From: a virus
Length of the DNA stretch: 29,240 nucleotides
Strand: one strand, 5' to 3'
UHGV virus genome: UHGV-0275034
A model generated the notes under the pieces. That model had not been told where the DNA came from and searched no databases. It saw only the letters and a program-made list of their open reading frames with translations. Below are positions 7,808 to 18,390 of the stretch, in pieces (position 1 is the stretch's first letter; each line of letters begins with the position of its first letter). A program made the translations under genes and the position numbers.

Positions 7808-8050
7808 ATGGCAGAGATTATTCCCATGACTGAAGAACAGAAATTCCAGTTAGAGATTTACAAACTGGTCATGAACCAGAACGCAGCCGCAGAAGAAGCA
7901 TTTCAATTCATTGGCACTGACGAGCTGAAGCTTGAGCTATTCAAAATTCACTTCCAGTCAGGCGGCGCTAATTCAGATATCACGACCCGCACTATCGAAG
8001 CGGTGCGTAAATCGAAGGAAGCGTTAGACCTGTTCACTACCGGAGCATAA
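7808..8050 (+). CDS. Hypothetical protein upstream of terminase (80 aa)
   Basis: ORF with ACGGAG about 8 nt upstream of the ATG, tightly packed against the small terminase gene. Confidence 0.5.
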   Translation: MAEIIPMTEEQKFQLEIYKLVMNQNAAAEEAFQFIGTDELKLELFKIHFQSGGANSDITTRTIEAVRKSKEALDLFTTGA

Positions 8051-8052
8051 AC

Positions 8053-8493
8053 ATGGCGCGCCCAACAAAGTATCAAGAGGCGTACGCCGAACAGGCACGC
8101 AAACTGTGCTTGCTGGGCTACACCGATGCAGAGCTTGCTGATTTCTTCGAAGTCAGTGAGTCAACTATTAACAAGTGGAAGCTTGATTATCCTAAGTTTT
8201 CGGAGTCCATAAAAAAGGGTAAGGCCGTCGCTGATGCAGAAGTTAGTGACCGTCTTTATCAACGCGCTATGGGCTTCGTGGCTCCAGACATCGATATTCG
8301 TGTTATTGAAAACAGAATTGTCGAAACTCCGCTTGAGAAGTATTACCCGCCTGATACAACAGCTGCCATCTTCTGGCTTAAGAACCGACAGAAGGATAAA
8401 TGGCGCGACAAGGTTGATCACGAATTAACAGGCAAAGACGGCGGCGCAATCCAGATTGAAACATCACCGATGAGCACTCTATTCGGAAAATGA
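8053..8493 (+). CDS. Terminase small subunit
   Basis: 146-aa product with an HTH-like N-terminus, immediately upstream of and overlapping the large terminase gene; resembles Sf6/P22-type small terminase families. Confidence 0.75.
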   Translation: MARPTKYQEAYAEQARKLCLLGYTDAELADFFEVSESTINKWKLDYPKFSESIKKGKAVADAEVSDRLYQRAMGFVAPDIDIRVIENRIVETPLEKYYPPDTTAAIFWLKNRQKDKWRDKVDHELTGKDGGAIQIETSPMSTLFGK

Positions 8494-9902
8494 CCTCGAT
8501 TAATCCTATCTTTGAACCGTTCATTGAGGCGCATCGCTACAAAGTCGCCAAAGGCGGTCGAGGTAGCGGTAAATCATGGGCAATTGCGAGGCTGCTTGTT
8601 GAGGCGGCGCGTCGGCAGCCTGTGCGTATTCTCTGCGCTCGTGAACTGCAAAACAGTATCAGCGATTCGGTGATCCGGCTGCTTGAAGACACCATCGAGC
8701 GTGAAGGATATTCGGCTGAGTTTGAAATTCAGCGTTCAATGATTCGTCATCTCGGAACGAATGCTGAATTCATGTTCTACGGCATAAAAAACAACCCGAC
8801 GAAGATTAAATCGCTAGAAGGTATTGATATCTGCTGGGTGGAGGAAGCGGAAGCGGTAACGAAGGAATCATGGGATATCCTGATACCAACCATCCGTAAG
8901 CCGTTCTCTGAAATATGGGTGAGCTTTAACCCGAAAAACATCCTCGACGATACCTATCAGCGATTCGTTGTAAATCCTCCCGATGATATTTGCCTGCTGA
9001 CGGTGAACTACACCGACAACCCGCATTTTCCTGAAGTTCTCCGTCTGGAGATGGAAGAGTGTAAACGCAGAAATCCGACACTGTATCGTCACATCTGGCT
9101 TGGTGAGCCGGTAAGCGCAAGTGATATGGCAATCATCAAACGTGAATGGCTTGAAGCTGCTACCGATGCGCACAAGAAACTCGGATGGAAAGCGAAAGGC
9201 GCTGTTGTCTCTGCGCATGACCCATCAGATACAGGGCCAGATGCTAAAGGTTATGCATCGCGTCACGGTTCGGTGGTTAAGCGCATTGCCGAAGGTCTAC
9301 TGATGGACATCAACGAGGGTGCTGACTGGGCTACTTCTCTGGCGATTGAAGACGGCGCTGACCACTACCTGTGGGATGGCGATGGCGTTGGTGCCGGGCT
9401 ACGCAGACAGACAACGGAAGCATTCTCCGGTAAGAAAATCACCGCCACGATGTTTAAGGGCAGCGAATCGCCGTTCGATGAAGATGCACCGTATCAGGCC
9501 GGAGCATGGGCTGATGAAGTCGTGCAGGGCGACAACGTTCGCACTATTGGCGATGTGTTCCGCAATAAGCGAGCGCAATTCTATTACGCGCTGGCTGACA
9601 GGTTGTATCTGACATATCGGGCGGTTGTCCACGGTGAGTATGCAGACCCCGACGACATGCTGAGCTTCGACAAAGAAGCGATAGGCGAGAAGATGCTGGA
9701 GAAGCTGTTTGCAGAACTGACGCAGATTCAGCGCAAATTCAATAACAACGGGAAGCTGGAGCTTATGACTAAGGTCGAAATGAAGCAGAAGCTCGGTATT
9801 CCATCTCCTAACCTGGCTGATGCGCTGATGATGTGTATGCATTGCCCGGCATTGGTCCGCGAAGAAACAGAAATATACGTTCCCTCATCCTCCGGTTGGT
9901 AA
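8490..9902 (+). CDS. Terminase large subunit (headful, Terminase_3/PBSX-like)
   Basis: 470-aa product with Walker A (KGGRGSGKS) and a C-terminal nuclease region; length matches my recollection of Sf6 gp2. Confidence 0.9.
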   Translation: MTSINPIFEPFIEAHRYKVAKGGRGSGKSWAIARLLVEAARRQPVRILCARELQNSISDSVIRLLEDTIEREGYSAEFEIQRSMIRHLGTNAEFMFYGIKNNPTKIKSLEGIDICWVEEAEAVTKESWDILIPTIRKPFSEIWVSFNPKNILDDTYQRFVVNPPDDICLLTVNYTDNPHFPEVLRLEMEECKRRNPTLYRHIWLGEPVSASDMAIIKREWLEAATDAHKKLGWKAKGAVVSAHDPSDTGPDAKGYASRHGSVVKRIAEGLLMDINEGADWATSLAIEDGADHYLWDGDGVGAGLRRQTTEAFSGKKITATMFKGSESPFDEDAPYQAGAWADEVVQGDNVRTIGDVFRNKRAQFYYALADRLYLTYRAVVHGEYADPDDMLSFDKEAIGEKMLEKLFAELTQIQRKFNNNGKLELMTKVEMKQKLGIPSPNLADALMMCMHCPALVREETEIYVPSSSGW

Positions 9903-9904
9903 AC

Positions 9905-12031
9905 ATGGCAGAGACATTAGAGAAAAAACATGAGCGGATCATGCTCAGGTTTGACCGCGCCTATTCTCCACAGAAGGAAGTGCGCGAAAAGTGCATTGAA
10001 GCTACGAGGTTTGCTCGTGTCCCCGGAGGTCAATGGGAAGGAGCAACGGCGGCTGGAACTAAGCTTGATGAGCAGTTCGAGAAGTATCCTAAGTTTGAAA
10101 TCAATAAGGTAGCAACTGAACTTAACCGCATCATTGCAGAATACCGCAATAACAGAATCACTGTTAAGTTTCGTCCTGGTGACAGAGAGGCAAGCGAAGA
10201 GTTAGCCAATAAATTAAATGGTCTGTTCCGTGCTGACTACGAAGAAACTGATGGCGGTGAGGCTTGCGATAATGCATTTGACGACGCTGCTACTGGTGGT
10301 TTCGGTTGCTTCCGTTTGACGTCGATGCTGGTCAATGAATACGACCCCATGGACGATCGTCAGCGTATTGCTATTGAACCAATATACGACCCGTCGCGCT
10401 CTGTGTGGTTTGACCCTGACGCTAAGAAGTACGACAAATCTGACGCGTTGTGGGCGTTCTGCATGTATTCGTTGTCACCTGAAAAATATGAGGCTGAATA
10501 CGGAAAGAAACCTCCTGCTTCTCTGGATGTAACGTCTATGACCAGTTGGGAATATGACTGGTTTGATGAAGATGTTATTTACATAGCGAAGTATTACGAA
10601 GTTCGTAAAGAGTCTGTTGACGTCATCAGTTATCGACATCCAATCACTGGAGAGATTGCAACATACGACAGTGATCAGGTTGAAGATATTGAAGATGAAC
10701 TGGCAATAGCTGGATTTCATGAAGTGGCAAGGCGCTCAGTGAAGCGCCGTCGTGTGTATGTATCCGTAGTGGATGGTGATGGTTTCCTTGAGAAACCTCG
10801 ACGTATTCCTGGTGAGCATATCCCCCTCATCCCGGTTTATGGAAAACGCTGGTTCATTGATGACATTGAGCGTGTCGAAGGACATATTGCAAAAGCAATG
10901 GATCCACAGCGTTTGTATAACCTTCAGGTATCAATGCTGGCTGATACTGCAGCACAAGACCCCGGTCAGATCCCTATAGTTGGCATGGAGCAAATTCGTG
11001 GACTTGAGAAGCACTGGGAGGCTCGCAACAAGAAACGACCAGCGTTCTTGCCGTTGCGCGAAGTGAGAGATAAATCTGGCAACATTATCGCTGGAGCTAC
11101 CCCGGCAGGATATACACAGCCTGCGGTTATGAATCAGGCATTGGCTGCATTACTACAGCAAACCAGTGCAGATATTCAGGAGGTTACAGGCGGCAGTCAG
11201 GCCATGCAGCAGATGCCAAGTAATATTGCTCAGGAAACGGTTAACAACTTGATGAACAGAGCAGATATGGCTTCGTTTATCTATCTGGACAATATGGCGA
11301 AAAGTCTTAAACGCGCTGGTGAAGTATGGCTGTCAATGGCGCGTGAAGTGTACGGTTCAGAACGTGAAGTGCGCATCGTTAACGAAGATGGAAGTGATGA
11401 TATCGCTGTCATGAGCGCACAGGTTGTTGACAGGCAAACAGGGGCTGTTGTTGCGTTAAATGACCTTTCTGTCGGTCGATACGATGTGACGGTTGATGTT
11501 GGACCAAGCTACACAGCACGACGTGATGCAACGGTTTCTGTACTGACAAATGTCCTTAGCTCTATGCTTCCAACAGACCCAATGCGCCCGGCAATTCAGG
11601 GTATTATTCTGGACAATATCGATGGCGAAGGCCTTGATGACTTCAAAGAGTACAACCGAAACCAACTGCTGATATCTGGCATTGCAAAACCACGCAATGA
11701 GAAAGAGCAGCAGATTGTTCAACAGGCGCAAATGGCAGCACAAAGCCAGCCAAATCCTGAAATGGTTCTCGCTCAGGCGCAAATGGTAGCAGCGCAGGCA
11801 GAAGCGCAAAAAGCAACTAACGAAACTGCTCAAACTCAAATCAAAGCATTTACTGCCCAGCAGGATGCGATGGAGAGTCAGGCAAACACTGTCTATAAAC
11901 TGGCTCAAGCCAGAAACATCGATGACAAAGCAGTGATGGAGGCAATACGCCTTCTGAAAGATGTCGCCGAGTCACAACAACAGCAATTCCAGTCACCACC
12001 ACAGTCTCCGGCAGACTTAATGCCGAGTTAA
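9905..12031 (+). CDS. Portal protein (P22 gp1 / Sf6 gp3 family)
   Basis: Start set at ATG 9905 (MAETLEKK), directly after the terminase stop, rather than the in-frame upstream ATG 9833 that lies inside the terminase gene; conserved GEHIPLIPVYG region and Gln-rich C-terminal barrel segment. Confidence 0.85.
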   Translation: MAETLEKKHERIMLRFDRAYSPQKEVREKCIEATRFARVPGGQWEGATAAGTKLDEQFEKYPKFEINKVATELNRIIAEYRNNRITVKFRPGDREASEELANKLNGLFRADYEETDGGEACDNAFDDAATGGFGCFRLTSMLVNEYDPMDDRQRIAIEPIYDPSRSVWFDPDAKKYDKSDALWAFCMYSLSPEKYEAEYGKKPPASLDVTSMTSWEYDWFDEDVIYIAKYYEVRKESVDVISYRHPITGEIATYDSDQVEDIEDELAIAGFHEVARRSVKRRRVYVSVVDGDGFLEKPRRIPGEHIPLIPVYGKRWFIDDIERVEGHIAKAMDPQRLYNLQVSMLADTAAQDPGQIPIVGMEQIRGLEKHWEARNKKRPAFLPLREVRDKSGNIIAGATPAGYTQPAVMNQALAALLQQTSADIQEVTGGSQAMQQMPSNIAQETVNNLMNRADMASFIYLDNMAKSLKRAGEVWLSMAREVYGSEREVRIVNEDGSDDIAVMSAQVVDRQTGAVVALNDLSVGRYDVTVDVGPSYTARRDATVSVLTNVLSSMLPTDPMRPAIQGIILDNIDGEGLDDFKEYNRNQLLISGIAKPRNEKEQQIVQQAQMAAQSQPNPEMVLAQAQMVAAQAEAQKATNETAQTQIKAFTAQQDAMESQANTVYKLAQARNIDDKAVMEAIRLLKDVAESQQQQFQSPPQSPADLMPS

Positions 12032-12044
12032 CCAGGAGTAATCA

Positions 12045-12929
12045 ATGGAAAACGAACTGATCATCGACGGTCAGGTTATTGGCCTGTCTGAAACACAGGA
12101 AAATGCAGAAGAAACCATCATCCAAACAGAGTCACAGCCTGAGAATGAAAGCCAGGATGACAACGGTAAAGAGGTGGCAATTGAGCCTGAAAAAACCGAA
12201 GAGACACCAGAAGATTACGCCTTGCGTATTGGTGATGAAGAAATTCAGCTTAACGCTGACGATGATGATCACATTGACGGGCAACCTGCACCGCAATGGG
12301 TGAAAGATCTTCGCAAAGGCTTCAAAGAAACACAGAAAGAAAACCGTGAGTTGCGCCGCCAGCTTGAGGAAGCATTAGCCAAGCCTGCGGAACATCAGCA
12401 ACCACAACCAGACGCTATTCCACCAAAACCGACTCTTGAGTCGTGTGATTATGACGAACAGGCGTTTGAACAGGCATTGACTGATTGGCATGAGAAAAAA
12501 GGCCGTGTCGAACAGCAGCAGCAACAAAAACTACGTCAGCAACAGGAATACCAACAGCGTTTCCAGCAAAGGGTAGAAGCGCATAAACAACGGGCAGCCA
12601 AACTTCCTGTGAAAGATTATCAGGAAATGGAGGCCATTGTTCTTAGTGAGCTACCACCAATTCAGCAGGAAATCATCATTCACTGTGCAGACGAAGGCTC
12701 TGAACTACTCGCCTATGGCTTAGGTAAGAGCCAGCAATTACGCCAGCGTGTAGCCGCTGAGACAGATCCAATTCGCGCAGCATTCCTCTTGGGGCAGATT
12801 AGCAAACAGGTAAGCCTTGCTCCAAAACCAAAGAAAGCCATCAAGCCAGAGCCGGAAGTACGTGGTGGCGGTGCTGATGCGAAACAAGACGAATTCAACA
12901 AATTATGCCCCGGCGCAAAAATCGAATAA
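12045..12929 (+). CDS. Scaffolding protein
   Basis: 294-aa acidic, Gln/Glu-rich product located between portal and coat, as in P22-like head modules. Confidence 0.75.
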   Translation: MENELIIDGQVIGLSETQENAEETIIQTESQPENESQDDNGKEVAIEPEKTEETPEDYALRIGDEEIQLNADDDDHIDGQPAPQWVKDLRKGFKETQKENRELRRQLEEALAKPAEHQQPQPDAIPPKPTLESCDYDEQAFEQALTDWHEKKGRVEQQQQQKLRQQQEYQQRFQQRVEAHKQRAAKLPVKDYQEMEAIVLSELPPIQQEIIIHCADEGSELLAYGLGKSQQLRQRVAAETDPIRAAFLLGQISKQVSLAPKPKKAIKPEPEVRGGGADAKQDEFNKLCPGAKIE

Positions 12930-12940
12930 GGAAAAGATAA

Positions 12941-14212
12941 ATGCATAACAATCTCGACAGTAACGTCAGTCAAATCGTTCTGAAAAAATTCCTTCCTGGT
13001 TTTATGTCAGATTTAGTTCTGGCGAAAACCGTAGACCGTCAGTTGCTGGCAGGTGAAATCAACTCCAGCACTGGCGATAGCGTTAGCTTTAAACGTCCGC
13101 ATCAATTCTCATCCCTCCGTACTCCCACTGGTGATATTTCAGGGCAAAATAAAAACAACCTGATCTCAGGTAAAGCTACGGGGCGTGTAGGTAACTACAT
13201 CACTGTTGCTGTTGAATATCAGCAACTGGAGGAAGCGATCAAGCTTAACCAACTGGAAGAAATTCTCGCGCCGGTTCGCCAGCGAATCGTTACCGACCTT
13301 GAAACAGAGCTTGCTCACTTCATGATGAATAACGGTGCGTTGTCACTTGGTAGCCCCAATACTCCAATCACCAAATGGTCTGATGTTGCGCAGACGGCAT
13401 CTTTCCTGAAAGACCTCGGCGTTAATGAAGGTGAAAACTATGCTGTAATGGATCCATGGTCTGCACAGCGACTTGCTGATGCGCAGACTGGTTTGCACGC
13501 TTCAGATCAATTGGTTCGTACTGCATGGGAGAATGCGCAGATTCCAACCAATTTTGGCGGCATTCGCGCACTGATGTCTAATGGGCTTGCCTCTCGTACG
13601 CAGGGGGCATTTGGCGGAACACTGACAGTCAAAACACAGCCAACTGTTACCTATAACGCAGTTAAAGACTCATACCAGTTCACTGTAACATTGACCGGAG
13701 CGACAGCCAGCGTTACAGGTTTTCTGAAAGCTGGTGATCAGGTTAAATTCACCAATACCTACTGGCTGCAACAGCAGACCAAACAGGCGTTGTATAACGG
13801 AGCCACACCAATTAGCTTCACTGCAACGGTTACTGCTGATGCTAATTCAGACAGCAGTGGCGATGTGACGGTTACGCTTTCTGGTGTTCCGATTTATGAC
13901 ACTACAAACCCGCAGTACAACTCTGTAAGTCGTCAGGTAGCGGCAGGCGATGCCGTATCTGTAGTAGGCACTGCTAGCCAGACAATGAAGCCAAACCTGT
14001 TCTATAACAAGTTCTTCTGTGGACTTGGCTCTATCCCACTGCCGAAACTGCACAGTATTGATTCTGCTGTTGCAACATATGAAGGTTTCTCCATCCGCGT
14101 ACATAAATACGCAGATGGCGATGCCAACGTGCAAAAAATGCGCTTTGACTTACTGCCTGCATATGTGTGCTTTAACCCTCACATGGGCGGTCAGTTCTTC
14201 GGTAATCCGTAA
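12941..14212 (+). CDS. Major capsid (coat) protein, P22/Sf6 type
   Basis: 423-aa product positioned after the scaffold gene and followed by a strong terminator. Confidence 0.85.
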   Translation: MHNNLDSNVSQIVLKKFLPGFMSDLVLAKTVDRQLLAGEINSSTGDSVSFKRPHQFSSLRTPTGDISGQNKNNLISGKATGRVGNYITVAVEYQQLEEAIKLNQLEEILAPVRQRIVTDLETELAHFMMNNGALSLGSPNTPITKWSDVAQTASFLKDLGVNEGENYAVMDPWSAQRLADAQTGLHASDQLVRTAWENAQIPTNFGGIRALMSNGLASRTQGAFGGTLTVKTQPTVTYNAVKDSYQFTVTLTGATASVTGFLKAGDQVKFTNTYWLQQQTKQALYNGATPISFTATVTADANSDSSGDVTVTLSGVPIYDTTNPQYNSVSRQVAAGDAVSVVGTASQTMKPNLFYNKFFCGLGSIPLPKLHSIDSAVATYEGFSIRVHKYADGDANVQKMRFDLLPAYVCFNPHMGGQFFGNP

Positions 14213-14216
14213 TAAC

Positions 14217-14243
14217 AAGGGGCTTCCGCCCCTTTTATGTTTT
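14217..14243 (+). terminator. Intrinsic terminator after the coat gene
   Basis: Stem GGGGC/GCCCC with loop TTCC, followed by TTTTATGTTTT. Confidence 0.75.
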
Positions 14244-14254
14244 AAGGAAACAAT

Positions 14255-14440
14255 ATGGATCGCATGAGTGTATTCCTTGCCGCAGATAACGAATCCGGAC
14301 ATGTACAGGCCGTTATCGCAGAAAAAGACTTCCAGTTTTTCGAAAAGTTGGGCTTTGTTGCCTCAGTTGATGAATTGAAATCGACCAGCAAGCGAGGTCG
14401 TAAGGCGGCAGACAATGGCAACAGTACTGACAAAGGGTGA
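14255..14440 (+). CDS. Small hypothetical protein (61 aa) between coat and gp4
   Basis: ATG with AAGGAAA 6 nt upstream; its 3' end overlaps the gp4 start by about 26 nt. Confidence 0.45.
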   Translation: MDRMSVFLAADNESGHVQAVIAEKDFQFFEKLGFVASVDELKSTSKRGRKAADNGNSTDKG

Positions 14441-14897
14441 GATCGTCCTTTTTGCGCTTCGTAAGTTTGCTATTGCTTCTAATGCATCGCTGACTGATGT
14501 TGAGCCGCAATCAATTGAAGATGGTGTAAATGATCTGGAAGATATGATGTCCGAGTGGATGATTAACCCCGGCGACATTGGTTACGCTTTCGCAACTGGA
14601 GATGAGCAGCCATTACCAGATGATGAGTCAGGTCTTCCAAGAAAATACAAACACGCAGTAGGCTATCAGTTATTGCTGAGAATGCTATCTGATTACAGCC
14701 TTGAGCCAACTCCGCAAGTTCTCAGTAACGCCCAACGCTCATATGATGCCTTGATGACCGACACTCTGGTTGTTCCTTCAATGCGACGACGTGGAGATTT
14801 TCCTGTAGGACAGGGTAATAAATATGACGTGTTTACATCTGACCGATATTATCCAGGCGATCTCCCTATGATTGATGGCGATATCCCAAACGCATAG
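14415..14897 (+). CDS. Head-to-tail adaptor / tail accessory factor (P22 gp4 homologue)
   Basis: N-terminal segment TKGEIVLFALRKFAIASNASLTDVEPQS-x-x-D-x-VNDLEDMMSEW parallels P22 gp4 as I recall it. Confidence 0.8.
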   Translation: MATVLTKGEIVLFALRKFAIASNASLTDVEPQSIEDGVNDLEDMMSEWMINPGDIGYAFATGDEQPLPDDESGLPRKYKHAVGYQLLLRMLSDYSLEPTPQVLSNAQRSYDALMTDTLVVPSMRRRGDFPVGQGNKYDVFTSDRYYPGDLPMIDGDIPNA

Positions 14898-14905
14898 GTG
14901 AATAA

Positions 14906-16324
14906 ATGCCGATTCAGCAACTTCCGCTTATGAAAGGTGTCGGCAAAGACTTTCGAAACGCCGACTATATCGACTATCTGCCAGTGAATATGTTGGCTAC
15001 ACCCAAAGAAATCCTGAGCAGCAGCGGATATCTTCGCTCATTCCCGGGCATTGCCAAACGCTCTGATGTAAACGGTGTATCGCGCGGCGTCGAGTACAAC
15101 ATGGCGCAGAGTGCTGTTTATCGCGTGTGTGGTGGCAAGCTGTACAAAGGAGAAAATGCAGTCGGTGATGTTGCCGGAAGTGGTCGCGTATCAATGGCAC
15201 ATGGTCGGACATCTCAGGCTGTAGGCGTTAATGGTCAACTGGTCGAGTATCGCTATGATGGCACGGTTAAAACCGTCTCAAACTGGCCTGCAGACAGCGG
15301 ATTCACTCAGTATGAGTTAGGTTCGGTTCGCGACATTACGCGCTTGCGTGGGCGTTATGCGTGGTCAAAAGACGGCACCGATTCATGGTTTATCACTGAC
15401 CTTGAAGACGAATCGCATCCTGACCGATACAGCGCACAATATCGTGCCGAGTCTCAGCCTGACGGCATCATTGGCATCGGAACATGGCGAGACTTCATCG
15501 TCTGTTTTGGTTCATCGACGATTGAGTATTTTTCCCTGACTGGTGCAACCACCGTTGGTGCCGCTTTGTATGTCGCACAGCCATCGCTGATGGTGCAGAA
15601 AGGTATTGCCGGAACCTATTGCAAAACGCCATTCGCTGATTCCTATGCGTTCATCAGCAATCCGGCAACAGGTGCTCCGTCTGTGTATATCATCGGCTCC
15701 GGTCAGGTATCACCAATCGCCAGCGCGAGCATTGAGAAAATACTACGCTCCTACACTGCTGATGAACTTGCTGATGGCGTGATGGAATCGCTGCGATTTG
15801 ATGCGCATGAACTGCTGATTATCCACCTTCCGCGCCACGTCCTCGTGTACGACGCATCTTCAAGCGCCAATGGTCCGCAATGGTGTGTACTGAAAACAGG
15901 CTTGTATGACGATGTGTACCGCGCTATCGACTTCATTTACGAAGGCAATCAGATAACGTGCGGCGATAAGCTGGAATCGGTGACCGGGAAATTGCAATTC
16001 GATATCAGCAGCCAGTACGACAAGCAACAGGAACATCTGCTGTTTACTCCTCTGTTCAAAGCGGATAACGCCAGAGTGTTCGATCTTGAGGTTGAATCGT
16101 CAACTGGCGTTGCGCAGTACGCCGACCGCCTGTTCCTCTCTGCAACCACTGACGGCATAAATTACGGACGTGAGCAGATGATTGAACAGAATGAACCGTT
16201 CGTTTACGACAAACGTGTTTTGTGGAAGCGAGTCGGGCGCATCAGGAAAAATGTTGGCTTCAAATTGCGCGTTATCACGAAGTCACCTGTCACTCTGTCA
16301 GGCTGCCAGATAAGGATCGAGTAA
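14906..16324 (+). CDS. Tail hub protein (P22 gp10 homologue)
   Basis: 472-aa product, the same length as P22 gp10, in the gp4-gp10-gp26 order. Confidence 0.8.
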   Translation: MPIQQLPLMKGVGKDFRNADYIDYLPVNMLATPKEILSSSGYLRSFPGIAKRSDVNGVSRGVEYNMAQSAVYRVCGGKLYKGENAVGDVAGSGRVSMAHGRTSQAVGVNGQLVEYRYDGTVKTVSNWPADSGFTQYELGSVRDITRLRGRYAWSKDGTDSWFITDLEDESHPDRYSAQYRAESQPDGIIGIGTWRDFIVCFGSSTIEYFSLTGATTVGAALYVAQPSLMVQKGIAGTYCKTPFADSYAFISNPATGAPSVYIIGSGQVSPIASASIEKILRSYTADELADGVMESLRFDAHELLIIHLPRHVLVYDASSSANGPQWCVLKTGLYDDVYRAIDFIYEGNQITCGDKLESVTGKLQFDISSQYDKQQEHLLFTPLFKADNARVFDLEVESSTGVAQYADRLFLSATTDGINYGREQMIEQNEPFVYDKRVLWKRVGRIRKNVGFKLRVITKSPVTLSGCQIRIE

Positions 16325-17277
16325 TGGCTGATTCTAATCTCAATGAGCCGGTAATCATCCAGGCTACACGGCTAGACACATCAGTCCTTCCACGCAATAT
16401 CTTCTCGCAGTCATATCTGCTGTACGTTATCGCACAGGGTACTGATGTTGGTAACGTGGCGAACAAGGCCAACGAAGCAGGGAAGGGGGCTTATGATGCA
16501 CAGGTGAAGAATGATGAGCAGGATGTCACCCTTGCAGACCATGAATCCAGAATTGAAGCTGCTGAAGCAACTCTCATCAATCATGAACATAGAATCGCAG
16601 CAGCGGAAAGCACTCTTGCAGATCATGAAACAAGGATTACGGCTGCTGAAACAGAGCTGGCTGATCACGAGACGCGAATTGCTGCCAATGAATCTGAGTT
16701 AGCAAACCATGATGCGCGCATAACTCAGAATACAACCGATATCGACGCACTTGATACCAGGCTCACAGCGGCAGAAGGAAGTATTTCGACGCTACAGAGC
16801 ACAGTTGGTGATCACTCAACAAGAATATCTGCGCTTGAGTATGCCACCACGCGCAAGAAATCAGAGGTTGTTTACTCAGGAGTATCTGTAACCATCCCGA
16901 CAGCGCCGACTAACCTTGTTAGCCTGCTGAAAACGCTCACGCCGTCATCCGGCACGTTGTCACCATTCTTCGACACCGTTAACAACAAGATGGTTGTGTT
17001 CAACGAGAGCAAAACCTTGTTCTTCAAGCTGTCGATTGTCGGGACGTGGCCCAGCGGAACCACCAACAGGTCAATGCAGCTAACCTTTTCCGGCTCTGTT
17101 CCTGACACGTTGGTCAGCAGTCGTAATGCGGCGACAACAACCGACAACATCCTGTTAGCTACGTTCTTCAGTGTGGATAAAGACGGCTTTCTTGCCACAA
17201 ATGGCAGCACGTTAACCATTCAGTCAAATGGTGCGGCGTTTACTGCCACAACCATCAAAATCATTGCGGAGCAGTGA
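16324..17277 (+). CDS. Tail needle (P22 gp26 homologue) with repeat-rich coiled coil and extended C-terminal domain
   Basis: Start at ATG 16324 ([18 protein letters not shown]..., overlapping the gp10 stop as TAATG) matches the P22 gp26 N-terminus; the ORF-track start at 16222 lies inside gp10. Confidence 0.85.
   Translation: MADSNLNEPVIIQATRLDTSVLPRNIFSQSYLLYVIAQGTDVGNVANKANEAGKGAYDAQVKNDEQDVTLADHESRIEAAEATLINHEHRIAAAESTLADHETRITAAETELADHETRIAANESELANHDARITQNTTDIDALDTRLTAAEGSISTLQSTVGDHSTRISALEYATTRKKSEVVYSGVSVTIPTAPTNLVSLLKTLTPSSGTLSPFFDTVNNKMVVFNESKTLFFKLSIVGTWPSGTTNRSMQLTFSGSVPDTLVSSRNAATTTDNILLATFFSVDKDGFLATNGSTLTIQSNGAAFTATTIKIIAEQ
16531..16740 (+). repeat. Five tandem 42-nt (14-aa) imperfect repeats inside the tail-needle gene
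   Basis: Peptide units [14 protein letters not shown] / [14 protein letters not shown] / [14 protein letters not shown] / [14 protein letters not shown] / [14 protein letters not shown] read directly from the translation. Confidence 0.8.
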
Positions 17278-17744
17278 TGGAAATAAAGCTCATCGATAAT
17301 CCGGTGAAGCTTGCAGAATTCCTCAACAACCCGGCAAACACGGGAAATATCGTAGACAGTGGAGACAAATACTACATCAAGCCTGATGCGGTATATCTCG
17401 GCATCTACGAAGGATTAGTGCTGGCTGGAGTTCATGAAGTGCGTAACTTCTGGCATAGCGTTGTTGAATGCCATGCGGTGTATGACCCCGGATTCCGTGG
17501 AGAATATGCACTGCAAGGGCATCGATTATTCTGCAAATGGCTTCTCGAAAACTCACCATTCCTTAACAGCATCACCATGGTTCCTGACACCACCAAATAC
17601 GGACGGGCAATTATCCGTTTGCTTGGCGCTACCCGTGTTGGTCACCTTGATGATGCGTACATGAGTAACGGAAAACCGGTTGGAATCACCCTCTATCAAT
17701 TACCTCGTTCGAAATATGAGGAGCTATTAAATGTTAGTACTTAG
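17277..17744 (+). CDS. Protein at the P22 gp14 position (155 aa), function unassigned
   Basis: ATG 17277 overlaps the needle stop; gene order corresponds to gene 14 of P22-like phages; I cannot confirm homology from the sequence alone. Confidence 0.5.
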   Translation: MEIKLIDNPVKLAEFLNNPANTGNIVDSGDKYYIKPDAVYLGIYEGLVLAGVHEVRNFWHSVVECHAVYDPGFRGEYALQGHRLFCKWLLENSPFLNSITMVPDTTKYGRAIIRLLGATRVGHLDDAYMSNGKPVGITLYQLPRSKYEELLNVST

Positions 17745-18390
17745 CGAAAGCTTCAAGAATAAATTGCTTCCCATGAATGGGTATATGAAAGGCGGCAGCG
17801 ACTCCGGCTCTAAAGCCCAGGCACGCGCAACTGAAAAGGGCATCGAATTGCAGCGTGAAATGTGGCAAACGAACATGCAGAACCTTGCGCCGTTCACGCC
17901 ACTCGCTCAGCAGTACGTATCACAGTTGCAAAATCTTTCCTCTCTACAGGGGCAAGGTCAGGCGCTTAACCAGTATTACAACTCTCAGCAATATAAAGAC
18001 CTTGCAGGGCAGGCGCGCTATCAGAGTCTGGCAGCAGCAGAGGCAACGGGTGGATTAGGCTCTACAGCAACAGGAAACCAGTTAGCAGCAATCGCACCTA
18101 CACTCGGTCAAAACTGGCTGTCAGGTCAGATGAACAACTACAACAATCTGGCAAATATCGGCCTTGGCGCTCTTACAGGTCAGGCAAACGCCGGGCAGAA
18201 CTATGCCAACAACGTCAGCCAATTGTATCAACAGCAGGCTGCCGCATCTGCGGCTAATGCGAATAAACCATCAGGATTTCAGAGCGCCTTGGGTGGAGCG
18301 GCAGCAGGTGCAGCTGCAGGTACTGCAATCATGCCTGGTTGGGGTACAGCAATTGGTGCTGGCGTCGGTCTTCTTGGTTCACTTTTTTAA
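17731..18390 (+). CDS. Ejection (internal) protein, P22 gp7 homologue
   Basis: 219-aa Gln/Ala/Gly-rich low-complexity product with a hydrophobic C-terminus, first of three ejection-protein genes. Confidence 0.7.
   Translation: MLVLSESFKNKLLPMNGYMKGGSDSGSKAQARATEKGIELQREMWQTNMQNLAPFTPLAQQYVSQLQNLSSLQGQGQALNQYYNSQQYKDLAGQARYQSLAAAEATGGLGSTATGNQLAAIAPTLGQNWLSGQMNNYNNLANIGLGALTGQANAGQNYANNVSQLYQQQAAASAANANKPSGFQSALGGAAAGAAAGTAIMPGWGTAIGAGVGLLGSLF

Noticed and set aside
8868-9218. 116-aa minus-strand ORF inside the large terminase gene
   Set aside because: Antisense to the terminase gene with no RBS; a chance open frame.
9399-9842. 147-aa minus-strand ORF inside the large terminase gene
   Set aside because: Entirely antisense to a well-supported gene, no RBS, Arg/His-rich composition typical of antisense frames.
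9833-9904. Upstream extension of the portal ORF (ATG at 9833)
   Set aside because: It would overlap the last 70 nt of the large terminase gene; ATG 9905 directly follows the terminase stop and gives an N-terminus consistent with portal homologues.
11456-11908. 150-aa minus-strand ORF inside the portal gene
   Set aside because: Antisense to the portal gene, Cys/Leu-rich low-complexity translation, no independent support.
16222-16323. Upstream extension of the tail-needle ORF (ATG at 16222)
   Set aside because: Lies inside gp10 in another frame; the conserved needle N-terminus begins at ATG 16324, coupled to the gp10 stop.
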